A DNA stretch of 64,000 nucleotides, taken from assembly GCA_031409275.1 (NCBI GenBank), contig JANNXA010000022.1, forward strand, positions 140,058 through 204,057, in the 5' to 3' direction. The stretch's first letter is position 1, and the number at the start of each line of letters is the position of its first letter. The stretch is from Planctomycetota bacterium. Its GTDB lineage: Bacteria > Planctomycetota > B15-G4 > SIAN01. Below, piece by piece: positions 1 through 8,810 of this stretch. A program made the translations under genes and the position numbers. Below the pieces are notes generated by a model, which saw only the letters and a program-made list of their open reading frames with translations, searched no databases and was not told where the DNA came from.

Positions 1-1
1 C

Positions 2-1417
2 GACCCCCTGCTCTTCGATCATGACGGCGACCAGCTGCGCATCACCTTGCCGACCCCGCTTGCGCGCGGCGACCGGTTCGGAGTCGCCGTGTGGTACTCG
101 GGCCGACCGGTGCGCCAGGACGACTTCAACGGCTTCCAATGGGCGACGACCCCCGACGGTCAGCCGTGGATCGCGACCTCGTGCCAGACGATCGGCGAGC
201 ACACCTGGTGGCCGTGCAAGGCGGCCTACTACCATCCGGAGGACAAGCCGGAGCGGGTGGCCGTCAACGTGACGGTACCGACCCCGCTCGTCGCCGCGAG
301 CAACGGCCGTCTGATCGACGTCGAGCGCGGCGCCGGGGTCACGACGTGGCGCTGGCAGCTCGACGACTCGATCCCGAGCTACGCCATCGCCGTCGCGATC
401 GGGCCCTACGAAGTGATCGAGTCGGAGGTCGCGCTGCCCGGTCTCGCGGCGCCGCTGGCGCTGCGCTACTTCGTCCTGCCGCAGAGCGTCGCGAAGGCGA
501 AGAAGCAGTTCGCGCAGGTTCCCGAGTTGCTGCGGTTCTTCAGCGAGAAGTTCGGTCCCTTCCCATTCCCCGAAGCGAAGTTCGCGTTGGCCGAGACGCC
601 GATCTGGGGCATGGAGCACGCGACCGTGATCGCGTACGGAAACAGCTTCCCCGACGCGATCCGCGGCACCGGCGAAGTGGATCCCTACGAGCTGCGCAAC
701 AAGCTCTTCGACTACGTGCTCGTCCACGAGGCCGCGCACGAGTGGTGGGGCAACTCGGTCACGGCCGGCAGTTGGGGCGACTTCTGGCTGCACGAGGGAT
801 TCGCCACCTATGCCGAGGCGCTGTGGGTCGAGCACGTCCACGGCCTCGACGTGGCGCTCGATTTCATGCAGTCCAAGAAGGCGGGCGTCGCGGAGCTGGC
901 CACCGTCTATCGCCCGCGCCGCACCACCGCGGCGAGCGCCTATGACACGCAGATGTACGACAAGGGCGCCTGGCTCCTCCACATGCTGCGCTACGTGATG
1001 GGCGATGAGCCGTTCTTTGGCGCGCTGCGCGACTTCGGGACCGATCCGCGCTGGAAGCACTCGACCTGCAGCAGCGCCGATTTCCAGGCCGCGTGCGAAG
1101 TGCGTCACGGTTCCTCGTTGCGCAGCTTCTTCCAGCCATGGCTCTATGGGACGCGCTGGCCGAGCTTCACGGTCCGCAAGCCCAAGCTCGAGGGGCACAA
1201 GGCGACGTTGTCGGTCGAGTGCAAGAGCAGCGGACAGTTCCGCTACGAGCTGCCGCTCGACGTCGAGGCGACCTGCGAGGATGGGTCGCGCTTGCGCCAG
1301 CGCTTCACCGTCGTCACCGGCAGCAACAGCTTCGAGATGACCGCAGCCGCGCCGATCGTCTCGGTGCGCTATCCCGGTTTCCGCTGGCTCTTGTGCGACG
1401 TGCGCGAGGTGCCTTGA
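2..1417 (+). CDS. M1-family zinc aminopeptidase (aminopeptidase N-like), 5' end truncated by window edge
   Basis: Open frame from position 2 with no upstream stop. Gluzincin motif HEAAHEWWGNSVT plus downstream WLHEGFATY (HEXXH...E) and a GAMEN-like GMEHA segment. Stop TGA at 1415-1417. Confidence 0.85.
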   Translation, partial: DPLLFDHDGDQLRITLPTPLARGDRFGVAVWYSGRPVRQDDFNGFQWATTPDGQPWIATSCQTIGEHTWWPCKAAYYHPEDKPERVAVNVTVPTPLVAASNGRLIDVERGAGVTTWRWQLDDSIPSYAIAVAIGPYEVIESEVALPGLAAPLALRYFVLPQSVAKAKKQFAQVPELLRFFSEKFGPFPFPEAKFALAETPIWGMEHATVIAYGNSFPDAIRGTGEVDPYELRNKLFDYVLVHEAAHEWWGNSVTAGSWGDFWLHEGFATYAEALWVEHVHGLDVALDFMQSKKAGVAELATVYRPRRTTAASAYDTQMYDKGAWLLHMLRYVMGDEPFFGALRDFGTDPRWKHSTCSSADFQAACEVRHGSSLRSFFQPWLYGTRWPSFTVRKPKLEGHKATLSVECKSSGQFRYELPLDVEATCEDGSRLRQRFTVVTGSNSFEMTAAAPIVSVRYPGFRWLLCDVREVP

Positions 1418-1420
1418 CGC

Positions 1421-1639
1421 GTGGACCTCACTGCCGGTTCGCTGCTCGCTTCGCTGTTCGCAAGTTCGATCGGCTTCAGCCTCTATCTCTACGGCAAGAA
1501 GCAGGCGCGGTCGCCTCAGCTCATCGTCGGCATCGTGCTGATGGTCTTCCCGTATTTCATCGACGGCACGCTCGAGATCGCCGCAATCGCCGCGGCGCTC
1601 GTCGGCGCGATGTGGCTGGCGATCTGCTACGGCTGGTAG
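1421..1639 (+). CDS. small two-TM hydrophobic protein (72 aa), function unknown
   Basis: GTG start 4 nt after the aminopeptidase stop. Two clear hydrophobic helices and a non-Arg-rich composition unlike the overlapping antisense ORFs. No recognisable family. Confidence 0.35.
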   Translation: MDLTAGSLLASLFASSIGFSLYLYGKKQARSPQLIVGIVLMVFPYFIDGTLEIAAIAAALVGAMWLAICYGW

Positions 1640-1673
1640 CGGCGGACGGAGCGACGCACCGCGAGGATCGCGC

Positions 1674-3458
1674 TCAACGGATCTCGAAGTCGGGGCAGCT
1701 CGTGCCACCGCGCCGGCTGGCGCCGGTCAGGACCGTTCCGGTCGGCCCGTCCGGGCGCGCGCTGTAGAGCTCGAACCGTCCGAGCTCCCGTTCATCGGCC
1801 GCGTAGAGCAGCAGCTCGGCGTCATGCCAGCACAGCCGGCAGACATCGCCGCCGCTTGGTGCGAGGCTTCCCGAGACGCGCTGCAGCAGGGAGCCGTCGC
1901 ACAGCGCGGCGAACGCCTCGAAGACGCCGTCGACGTTCTGGTCGGCCACCCACGCGAGACGCAGGCTGTCGGGCGACCATTGGATCGCGGGATCGATCGC
2001 CGTGTAGGCCGGATTCTCCGCATCGGACGCGAACAGCACATCCGCATGCAGGTCGTTGCGGCTGATCAGGAACAGGTTCGATCCGTCGGCGCGCGCGCAG
2101 AGCAGGTCGTAGGTCTGCAACGAGATCTCATTGGCGATGTAGGCCAGCCGGGACGAGTCGGGCGCCCAGCGAAACCTCTCGACGTTCTGCCCGAGCAGCG
2201 GCAGCTCGGTGTTGACGCGCTCGTTCGACCGCGATCTTGCGAGGGGATCGGCGACGTAGAGCTCGACGATGCCGCGTCGATCGAGGTCGCCGCGGAACGC
2301 GACCCGTGAGGAGTCGGGAGCCCACTCGAAGGCATCGGGCTCGAGGTAGATCACGCCGCCGTCGCGATCGAGCGGCCGCTTCGAGATCGGGGTCGCGTCG
2401 ACGTCAGGATCGGTCGAGCGCGGATCGATGCTCCACAACTCCACCAGGTCGGCCTTGATCCCGTCCGTCGCGTAGACGAGGCGACTGCCGTCGGGGGCCC
2501 ATGCAAACCGAAGGTCGTCGGGATCGAGGTTGGCCGGGTCGAAGCGCGCCGAAAGACGGCGGTCGTCGCTGCCATCCGCGGCGACGATGCGCAGCTCCGA
2601 ACCGGCCGCGGCGCCGCTCGCTTGCGCCACGAGGAACGCGAGATGCCCCGCGAGGTCGCCCGCCGGCGCCCATCCGAACGGCAAGTAAGGGCGCTCGAAT
2701 TCGCGGTCCATCGGCAGTCCGGGCGCCGAGGCGAGCGCGGGAGCGATGCGAAGCGCGTTGCTTCCGTCGGGAGCGACCACGTAGAGATGGAAGTGGCCCG
2801 TGGCAGGGTCCCGGGTCGCGCAAGCGAGATGGCTCGAGTCGGGGTTCCACTCGAATGCGGCCCGCGTCGCGGCGAAGTCTCGGCTGAGCGGGAACGCGAC
2901 CGGTCCGGCCGCGTCGGGCGAGACCTGGACGAGGTCGGTGCCGTTCTCGCGGACGGTGAAGAGCTGGGGCACTCCGGTCGTCACCGCATCGGCGACGTAG
3001 GCGATTCGCGACGAGTCGGGCGCCCAGACGAAGTCGCGGACTCGCTGTCCATCGGCGAGGTCTGGATGCACCTTGAAGGCGGGCGTCGTCGTCCGCAGGT
3101 CGACCACCCACAACTCGTCGATGTTGGTGAAGACGCGCGCAGCGACGAACGCGAGCCGGTTGCGATCGGGGGAGATGCCGATGCGCTTGACGGTCCCGCC
3201 GCCGAGTTGCGTCGCCGACAGAGAGATCTGGCTCGATCCGTCGAGGACGACCGCGAACGCTTCCTTCGTCTGGTTGAAGCGCAGGTCGCTGGCGACGACG
3301 ACATCGACGGCGAGCTTCACGGTCGGCGAGGAGCCGCCGCCTTGTCCCGGTTTCGACGCCGCGGTGATCGCGCCGGCGCCGCAGGCCGTGAGCATTCCGG
3401 CGGCCGCCGCGGCGAGCGCCGCGCGGCTTCTGGTCGAGGCGTTCATCAAGGTGTCCAT
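1674..3458 (-). CDS. PD40/TolB-like beta-propeller repeat lipoprotein
   Basis: At least six repeats of the F/W-x-W-A/S-P-D-S/G-S-R-L/I-A-Y type (WAPDSSRIAYVAD, WNPDSSHLACAT, WAPDGSRLVYATDG, WAPDSSRVAFRGD, WAPDSSRLAYIANE, WSPDSLRLAWVAD). Lipobox-like signal MLTAC. Start chosen at MDTLMNAS (ATG 3458); the ORF extends to 3548, but that part is Arg-rich. Confidence 0.75.
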   Translation of the reverse strand: MDTLMNASTRSRAALAAAAAGMLTACGAGAITAASKPGQGGGSSPTVKLAVDVVVASDLRFNQTKEAFAVVLDGSSQISLSATQLGGGTVKRIGISPDRNRLAFVAARVFTNIDELWVVDLRTTTPAFKVHPDLADGQRVRDFVWAPDSSRIAYVADAVTTGVPQLFTVRENGTDLVQVSPDAAGPVAFPLSRDFAATRAAFEWNPDSSHLACATRDPATGHFHLYVVAPDGSNALRIAPALASAPGLPMDREFERPYLPFGWAPAGDLAGHLAFLVAQASGAAAGSELRIVAADGSDDRRLSARFDPANLDPDDLRFAWAPDGSRLVYATDGIKADLVELWSIDPRSTDPDVDATPISKRPLDRDGGVIYLEPDAFEWAPDSSRVAFRGDLDRRGIVELYVADPLARSRSNERVNTELPLLGQNVERFRWAPDSSRLAYIANEISLQTYDLLCARADGSNLFLISRNDLHADVLFASDAENPAYTAIDPAIQWSPDSLRLAWVADQNVDGVFEAFAALCDGSLLQRVSGSLAPSGGDVCRLCWHDAELLLYAADERELGRFELYSARPDGPTGTVLTGASRRGGTSCPDFEIR

Positions 3459-3514
3459 CGAGCCAATCCAATGAGGGCGCATCTTCGCGCCCGACTGCGG
3501 TGCGAAACGAAGCG

Positions 3515-4291
3515 TCAGTCGCCGCCCGCTCCGGTGGGCGACTCCCACGCGCGGATCCGGGTTGCGACGCCATGCGCGGCGGTGGAGATGACCGCGTCGA
3601 GGATCAGTTCAGCGACCGCGTCAGGGTCGTCCTGGTCCATCGCGGAGACGAAGTGTGGCGGGATCAGGAGGCTCATCACGTACGGCAGCGGCGCTCCGCC
3701 GTTTCGATCGATGAAGTCGGACGTGATCGGCTCGTTGCCGACCTGGAACTTCCCGACGTTCCGATCGCTCCGCGCGACGCCTTCGAACAGCGCGATCTCG
3801 ATCTCGATCGGCGACGCCTGGTCGTAGTCATCGATGAAGAGCGAGGGGATCCCGACCAGCAACCACCCCACCGTGCCGGCGATCGCGCCACCCACCTTGC
3901 CGCTGCGCTCGGCCTCGCGCCGGATCACCTTCGCCACGATCGCGAGCTGCGGCGGAGGCTCCTGGTCCCAGGCGTAGTCGAGGTCGTTCGCGAAGGGCCG
4001 CGGCAGGAGCGCGACCGCCCCACGTCCGCATTCCTTCTCGATGGCCGCGTGAAGGCGAAGCGACAAGCGATCGTCGAGACACGGGGCGAGGATGGCCGCC
4101 GTCACGGCATCCTTCGTGGTCGGCGCAACCTCGCGCAGCTCCGACGCATCGACCCGGAACAGCGCGACGCGCGATCGGATCGCGGCCGGGTGGTCGGACT
4201 GCACCGCTTCGGCGCTCGACGACGATTGGCATGCCGCGAGAGTCGCGAGCAGCGCTACGAGAGCGAGCGGGCGCAACGAGAGGTTCGCCAT
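3515..4291 (-). CDS. lipoprotein of unknown function
   Basis: Start MANLSLRPLALVALLATLAAC (signal peptide plus lipobox Cys). ATG at 4291 lies 1 nt downstream of the upstream gene's stop codon. Acidic, non-Arg-rich composition. Confidence 0.6.
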   Translation of the reverse strand: MANLSLRPLALVALLATLAACQSSSSAEAVQSDHPAAIRSRVALFRVDASELREVAPTTKDAVTAAILAPCLDDRLSLRLHAAIEKECGRGAVALLPRPFANDLDYAWDQEPPPQLAIVAKVIRREAERSGKVGGAIAGTVGWLLVGIPSLFIDDYDQASPIEIEIALFEGVARSDRNVGKFQVGNEPITSDFIDRNGGAPLPYVMSLLIPPHFVSAMDQDDPDAVAELILDAVISTAAHGVATRIRAWESPTGAGGD

Positions 4292-4292
4292 G

Positions 4293-6983
4293 TCAGCGGC
4301 TCCTCGCGAGCCGGTAGATCGGACGGAAGCCACGCGACGCCCCCGGACCATCTTGGAAGAACTCCTGGTTCGCGATCTGGCAACGCGGCGCAGCGCAGTG
4401 GCTGCTGCCGCCGCAGAAGGGCCGGATCACCGTCGTCGCGTCGCTCGACCCCAAGAGTCGGCTCCACTCCTCGTCCTCGCGCAGGCACGCCTCCCAGACG
4501 TTGCCTTGGACGTCGAAGAGCCCCAGAGCGTTCGCGGCGCGCGTCCTCGCCGGCCGCACCTCGCCCTCGGAGTTGTCCTTGAACCATGCCGTTTCCGCGA
4601 GCGCGGCGGGCGTTGAAGCAGGGTCCTGCGGAGCGCCACCGAGCGCGAGGTAGCGCCACTCGGCGCTGTAGGGCAGCTCGAGCCCCATGTCGGCGCAGAA
4701 GCGGACGATGTCGCGTCCGCTGACCTGGACCACCGGCAGCGAACCGTCTCGCGGCGCCGAATCCTCGAGCGGGCGCCAACGCTGCCAGGCGTCGTTCGTG
4801 CATTCGGTCTCCGCGACCAGCAGGACGAAGGGCGAGCTGGTTTCGGGCGCTGTCGTCGCGAAGCGCGGGATCGTGTTCACCACCGCGAGCGGCAGCTCGA
4901 CTTCGACGAAGCGCAGGCCGCTCTTCCGGTGGATCCAGACGCGGCGATCGCTCGCCGTTCGCCCGGCCGGATCGAACGACGCTGCCAGCTCGGCAAGACG
5001 GCTCGCGCTCTCGTTCGCTGCCACGATCTCCGCCGTCGGCGTGGTGGCGGCGGGAGTGGCCACGTCGGGCGCGGCGCACTCGGGCGCCTTCGAATCGACG
5101 TCGACTTCGGGTGTCGTGGTCGCCGCCACGATGGGCTCGGTGACGGGTTCGGATGGCTCGGGAATCGGTGCGGGGTTCCTCGCTCCCGCATCCGCCACGA
5201 GCGGCGCCGCCGCCGCGACGGGCGCCTTCACCTCACGCGCGCCGAGAAGAGTTCCGTCGAGTCTCCGGAAGGTGACCGTCGCTCGGTCGACGCCGGATGG
5301 CAGATCGAGCTCCGCGACGAAGCGTCCGTTCGGCAGCACGGTGCACTGCGGAGGCACTCCGGTCGAAGAGTCGATCTGCAGGAGGTCGAGTCGTTGCGGC
5401 GAGAGCGTCGCTCGAATCGAAGCGCGACGATTCGTCGCTTCCAGCGGGCCGTTGTCCTCGAAGCTCAGTTCGACGGCGGCAGCCTCGGCAACGAAGTGGG
5501 TGATCCGGGCCGCGGTGGCATTCCAATCGTCCATCGCCGGCGAGGCGAAGACGTCCGTCTTGAACTCGCCGAGCGTCGCTTCCCACGCCGATCGCGAGGC
5601 GAGGAACTGGCGCGCACGGGCGTAACCGCTGGCGCCGGAGAGCGGCCAAGGCACGAGCGGCGCGTTGCGGATCAGTGGCTGGATCGCCGCGCGTCGTTGC
5701 GCTTCATTCCTTCGCGGGGCCTCGACCACGGGCGGCAGCTCGATGCGCCCCTCCAGCGACTTGGCCAGCGCCGGCGGTGGCGCGATCGGCGAGGCTTCGT
5801 CCGTGTGGCGCGGGCGATGAGTCGCACTCCAGGCGTTGAGCGCCACGATCGCGCCGATCACTCCGATCAGGAGCATCCAACTCTTGACGCGTGTCGTCGT
5901 CGGTGCCGGCAGCACGGCGCCCGGGCCGCTCAACGCTGCTGCGACCAGGGCGCGCTCCTCGACTCGCGCCGCGGCCACGTCGGGTGGCTGCGATGCCGAC
6001 GCGACGGCCGCCGTTTCGGGGACGACCGATTCGGGGGCGAGCATCGGCGTGTCGCGACGCTCGGCCGCTTCGGCCGGGATCGCGGTCGCTTCAAGAAGCG
6101 GCGGCTCGGCGGGCAGCTCCGCCGCGGGCAGCGTCGTCGAGGCGACCGGCGGCGGCTCGAGCGCAGGAGTCGGAAGGATCGCCTTCTGCATGGCGCCGTG
6201 CGGCTCGGCGACGCATGCGTTGCGGATCGCGTTCGCGAAGGCGCGGCAACTCGGATCGCGTCGCGCGAGATCAGGGTCGAACGCGCGCATGACGGCGGTC
6301 GCGACGGCTTCGGAAAGGTCAGGGCGCCATTCGCGGATCGGCCGCGCGGTCGACGCGCTCGCCCTCGGCGAATGGGGCAATTGGCCAGTGAGCGCCTGGT
6401 AGACGACGACGGCCAGTGCATGCCGATCGTCGACCAGGTTGGGTTCCGGCCAGGCGTCGATCGCAGTCGCCATGCCCACATCGGACAGGAAGGCGTTGCC
6501 TCCGGTGTCGAAGAGGATGTTGGCTGGATTCACGGCGCCATGGTGGACGCCGCGCGCATGGCAGAAGTCGAGTGCCGCCGCGATCTCCGTCAACCAGCCG
6601 ACGACGCTCATCGGCGCGGGGAGGCGGCGACGATCGTCGCCCGGCATCCGATCGGCGAGCGAGCCGCCGCTCAGGAAGGGCATCACGAAGAAGGGCGAAT
6701 CGCGGTGCTGGCCGACGTCGAGGATGCGGACGATGGCGCGGTGCTCGAGACGATTGACGTTTCGCACCTCGCGTTCGAATCGCTCGCGCGGTTCGGGATC
6801 GTCGACGAGTTCGCGATGCGGGAACTTCAGCGCGACGAGCGTACCGAGGCGGCGGTCCTCTGCCCGATAGACCGTCGACCGGTTGCCGCGCCCGAGCTCG
6901 CCGGTCACGACGTAACGGTCGTTGATCCACTCTCCGACGACTGCCGATGGAGGAACGCTAGGCACAATCCACCTCTTGCACAC
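4293..6983 (-). CDS. Ser/Thr protein kinase-like (predicted pseudokinase) - Pro/Ala-rich linker - single TM - C-terminal FGE-sulfatase (SUMF1-like) domain
   Basis: N-terminal Hanks kinase fold: GELGRGNRSTVY, VALKF lysine, ERFEREV. The catalytic loop reads HHGAVNPANILF instead of HRDLKPxN, and DVG replaces DFG. TM helix LLIGVIGAIVALNAW. The C-terminus carries GLFDVQGNVWEAC...RPFCGGSSHCAAPRC...RGFRPIY, matching the FGE-sulfatase domain. Confidence 0.8.
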   Translation of the reverse strand: MCKRWIVPSVPPSAVVGEWINDRYVVTGELGRGNRSTVYRAEDRRLGTLVALKFPHRELVDDPEPRERFEREVRNVNRLEHRAIVRILDVGQHRDSPFFVMPFLSGGSLADRMPGDDRRRLPAPMSVVGWLTEIAAALDFCHARGVHHGAVNPANILFDTGGNAFLSDVGMATAIDAWPEPNLVDDRHALAVVVYQALTGQLPHSPRASASTARPIREWRPDLSEAVATAVMRAFDPDLARRDPSCRAFANAIRNACVAEPHGAMQKAILPTPALEPPPVASTTLPAAELPAEPPLLEATAIPAEAAERRDTPMLAPESVVPETAAVASASQPPDVAAARVEERALVAAALSGPGAVLPAPTTTRVKSWMLLIGVIGAIVALNAWSATHRPRHTDEASPIAPPPALAKSLEGRIELPPVVEAPRRNEAQRRAAIQPLIRNAPLVPWPLSGASGYARARQFLASRSAWEATLGEFKTDVFASPAMDDWNATAARITHFVAEAAAVELSFEDNGPLEATNRRASIRATLSPQRLDLLQIDSSTGVPPQCTVLPNGRFVAELDLPSGVDRATVTFRRLDGTLLGAREVKAPVAAAAPLVADAGARNPAPIPEPSEPVTEPIVAATTTPEVDVDSKAPECAAPDVATPAATTPTAEIVAANESASRLAELAASFDPAGRTASDRRVWIHRKSGLRFVEVELPLAVVNTIPRFATTAPETSSPFVLLVAETECTNDAWQRWRPLEDSAPRDGSLPVVQVSGRDIVRFCADMGLELPYSAEWRYLALGGAPQDPASTPAALAETAWFKDNSEGEVRPARTRAANALGLFDVQGNVWEACLREDEEWSRLLGSSDATTVIRPFCGGSSHCAAPRCQIANQEFFQDGPGASRGFRPIYRLARSR

Positions 6984-7058
6984 GCCGCGCGGGGCGCCAG
7001 ATCGGCCAGACGCAGTTGAGCGACTGCGTGGGCTCTCGAGACACGCCTACTACGCGGC

Positions 7059-7622
7059 TCAGCTGCGATTCTTTTTCTCTTCGAGAAGGGCGCCACGTCC
7101 CGCGGCATCCCCCCTCGCGCCGGAGCTCTCCGGCGTGCCGTTGCTCTGCCGCTGCGAACCGGTCGTGGGATCGGCGCCGACGCGCAGCAACACCAATCGA
7201 GGCGTGCCGTCGACCACGATCTCGCGAGCTTCGACCATCTCGATCGCCAGGGGACCGAGCAGGTCGGCCGCTCCGTGCAGCGAGTCGGAGAAACGACGCG
7301 CGATCAGGACGATGCGCGGATCCGTTCCGAACGTGAGCCCCTTCTGCGGGAAGAGGCGATCGAGGAGGTGCCACATGCGCCGGACATCGGCGAGGACACA
7401 GACGCTTCGGCCAAGCAGCGCCTCGGCTCCGCCGCTGCCTTCGCCGAGGACCACGACGGGCCGCGCACTGCGGTCGACCATCAGCAGATCGAGCACGACG
7501 CCCGGTGTCAGCCGCAGAGCGACGTCGATCAGTTCGAGCCCGGCCTCGAGCAAGGTGGGGTTCTCGACCAGCGGCTGGAGCGACAGCGGCGCCTCGAGGT
7601 TCTGCAGTGCCGGGTTCATCAT
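7059..7622 (-). CDS. hypothetical cytoplasmic protein (possible Roadblock/LC7-like or regulatory domain)
   Basis: Same strand as and immediately upstream of the kinase-like gene. Start MMNPALQNLE. Balanced composition (L/V/E/D), unlike the overlapping Arg-rich frames. No confident family assignment. Confidence 0.4.
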   Translation of the reverse strand: MMNPALQNLEAPLSLQPLVENPTLLEAGLELIDVALRLTPGVVLDLLMVDRSARPVVVLGEGSGGAEALLGRSVCVLADVRRMWHLLDRLFPQKGLTFGTDPRIVLIARRFSDSLHGAADLLGPLAIEMVEAREIVVDGTPRLVLLRVGADPTTGSQRQSNGTPESSGARGDAAGRGALLEEKKNRS

Positions 7623-7763
7623 GGTGTGCGTCCTTGCGAGAGTCGGCCCGGGCGGGCCCACGCGGCGAGATCCTAGTCACTCGCCGGGAAATTTCTGCGT
7701 CTCCGCGTGTCCGAGGCGCAGGAGCACCCTGAAAAAGGTGCCGAGTCCCGGCGCGAACGTGCT

Positions 7764-8810
7764 TCAGCTGGCGGGGAGATCGCTTCGCCCGCGTCGCTCG
7801 CGCGCCATCGAATAGAGCGATTCAAGGGCGTCGAGTTCGCGCTGCGGGTCGTGGTGCGCGGCGATCCATGGCGGGCCGCGCGCGGCGACCGCGGCGACAG
7901 CGGGCTCGCGGCGCAGTGCCGCGATGCAACGCTGCGCGAATCCGGGGCGATCGGTGAAGAGCAGCGCTTGCTCGCCGTCGCGCAGCCACTCGCGGTTCCC
8001 TGGCACCGCGTGCGCGACGACGGGTCGGCAAAGCGCCAGCGCTTCCAGCAGCGCGTTGGAGAGCCCTTCGTAGTCGGAGCAATTGAGGACCGCGTCCGCC
8101 GCGGCGTAGACGCCGCCCATCGATTCGCCCGGAAGCGGACCGAGCCACCACGCCCACGGCGTGCAGGCCAATCTCGCGCGAACCTGTCGAGCGTAGTCGG
8201 CGTCGATCGCGGCGCCGACCAGCACCAGGCGGGCGCGCGGCTCGACCGCGACGACATCGGCAAACCAATCGAGCGCGCGCAGGTTGCCTTTCACCGGTCG
8301 AATGCCAGCGACCAGCAGCGCGAGACGCTCGTCGCCATGGAGCGAGAGCCGGCGGCGCAGCGCGAAGTCGCCGCTCGGTGCGACGACCCCCTTCGGCACG
8401 ACGCGCACGCGTCCACGCAGGCTCGGCCAGGTCGCCTCGACGGCGGCCTGTTGCTCTGGCAGCGCCACCATCGCCGCGTCCGCGCGCGCGACTTCGTCGG
8501 CGATGGTCGCTCGTCGCTCGATCGCCATCGGAAGTCCCGGCAGATCGCTGCCGGCGAAGGTGACCACCCGCGCCGGCCGGATCGCACCGACCCCGAAGTC
8601 GAGCGGCGTCGCGGCCCGGAAGGCGTGATAGACGTGGACGACGTCGAATCGGTCCGCTGCGCTTGCCGCTTCGGCCAGCGCCGCGCTGCCAGCATGGAAC
8701 CGGGTCACGTGGTGGCCGCGCCGCATCAGTCCGGTCGCGAGGCGACTCACGGTCTGCTCGTTTCCGGTCGCGAGCGCCGGTGGCCGCGGCTCGATCAACG
8801 CGATCCTCAC
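7764..8810 (-). CDS. glycosyltransferase family 4 (GT-B, RfaG-like)
   Basis: GTG start at 8810, 4-nt GTGA overlap with the upstream methyltransferase stop, and an upstream GGAGAG. N-terminal VRIALIEPRPPALATGNEQTVSRLATGLMRRGHHV and C-terminal EGLSNALLEALALCRPVVA are GT4 hallmarks. The ORF-track N-terminal 230 aa are Arg-rich antisense artefact. Confidence 0.75.
   Translation of the reverse strand: MRIALIEPRPPALATGNEQTVSRLATGLMRRGHHVTRFHAGSAALAEAASAADRFDVVHVYHAFRAATPLDFGVGAIRPARVVTFAGSDLPGLPMAIERRATIADEVARADAAMVALPEQQAAVEATWPSLRGRVRVVPKGVVAPSGDFALRRRLSLHGDERLALLVAGIRPVKGNLRALDWFADVVAVEPRARLVLVGAAIDADYARQVRARLACTPWAWWLGPLPGESMGGVYAAADAVLNCSDYEGLSNALLEALALCRPVVAHAVPGNREWLRDGEQALLFTDRPGFAQRCIAALRREPAVAAVAARGPPWIAAHHDPQRELDALESLYSMARERRGRSDLPAS

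Noticed and set aside
5000-5400. Apparent repeat structure in the kinase-FGE gene linker region
   Set aside because: It is a Pro/Ala/Thr/Glu-rich low-complexity protein linker (for example PAPIPEPSEPVTEPIVAATTTPEVDVD) encoded by GC-rich codons, not a DNA tandem repeat or CRISPR-like array.
4929-7019. 696-aa plus-strand ORF antisense to the kinase-FGE gene
   Set aside because: Extremely Arg/Gly/Asp-rich low-complexity translation, typical of the antisense frame of high-GC coding DNA. No domain motifs. The opposite strand has a convincing multi-domain protein.
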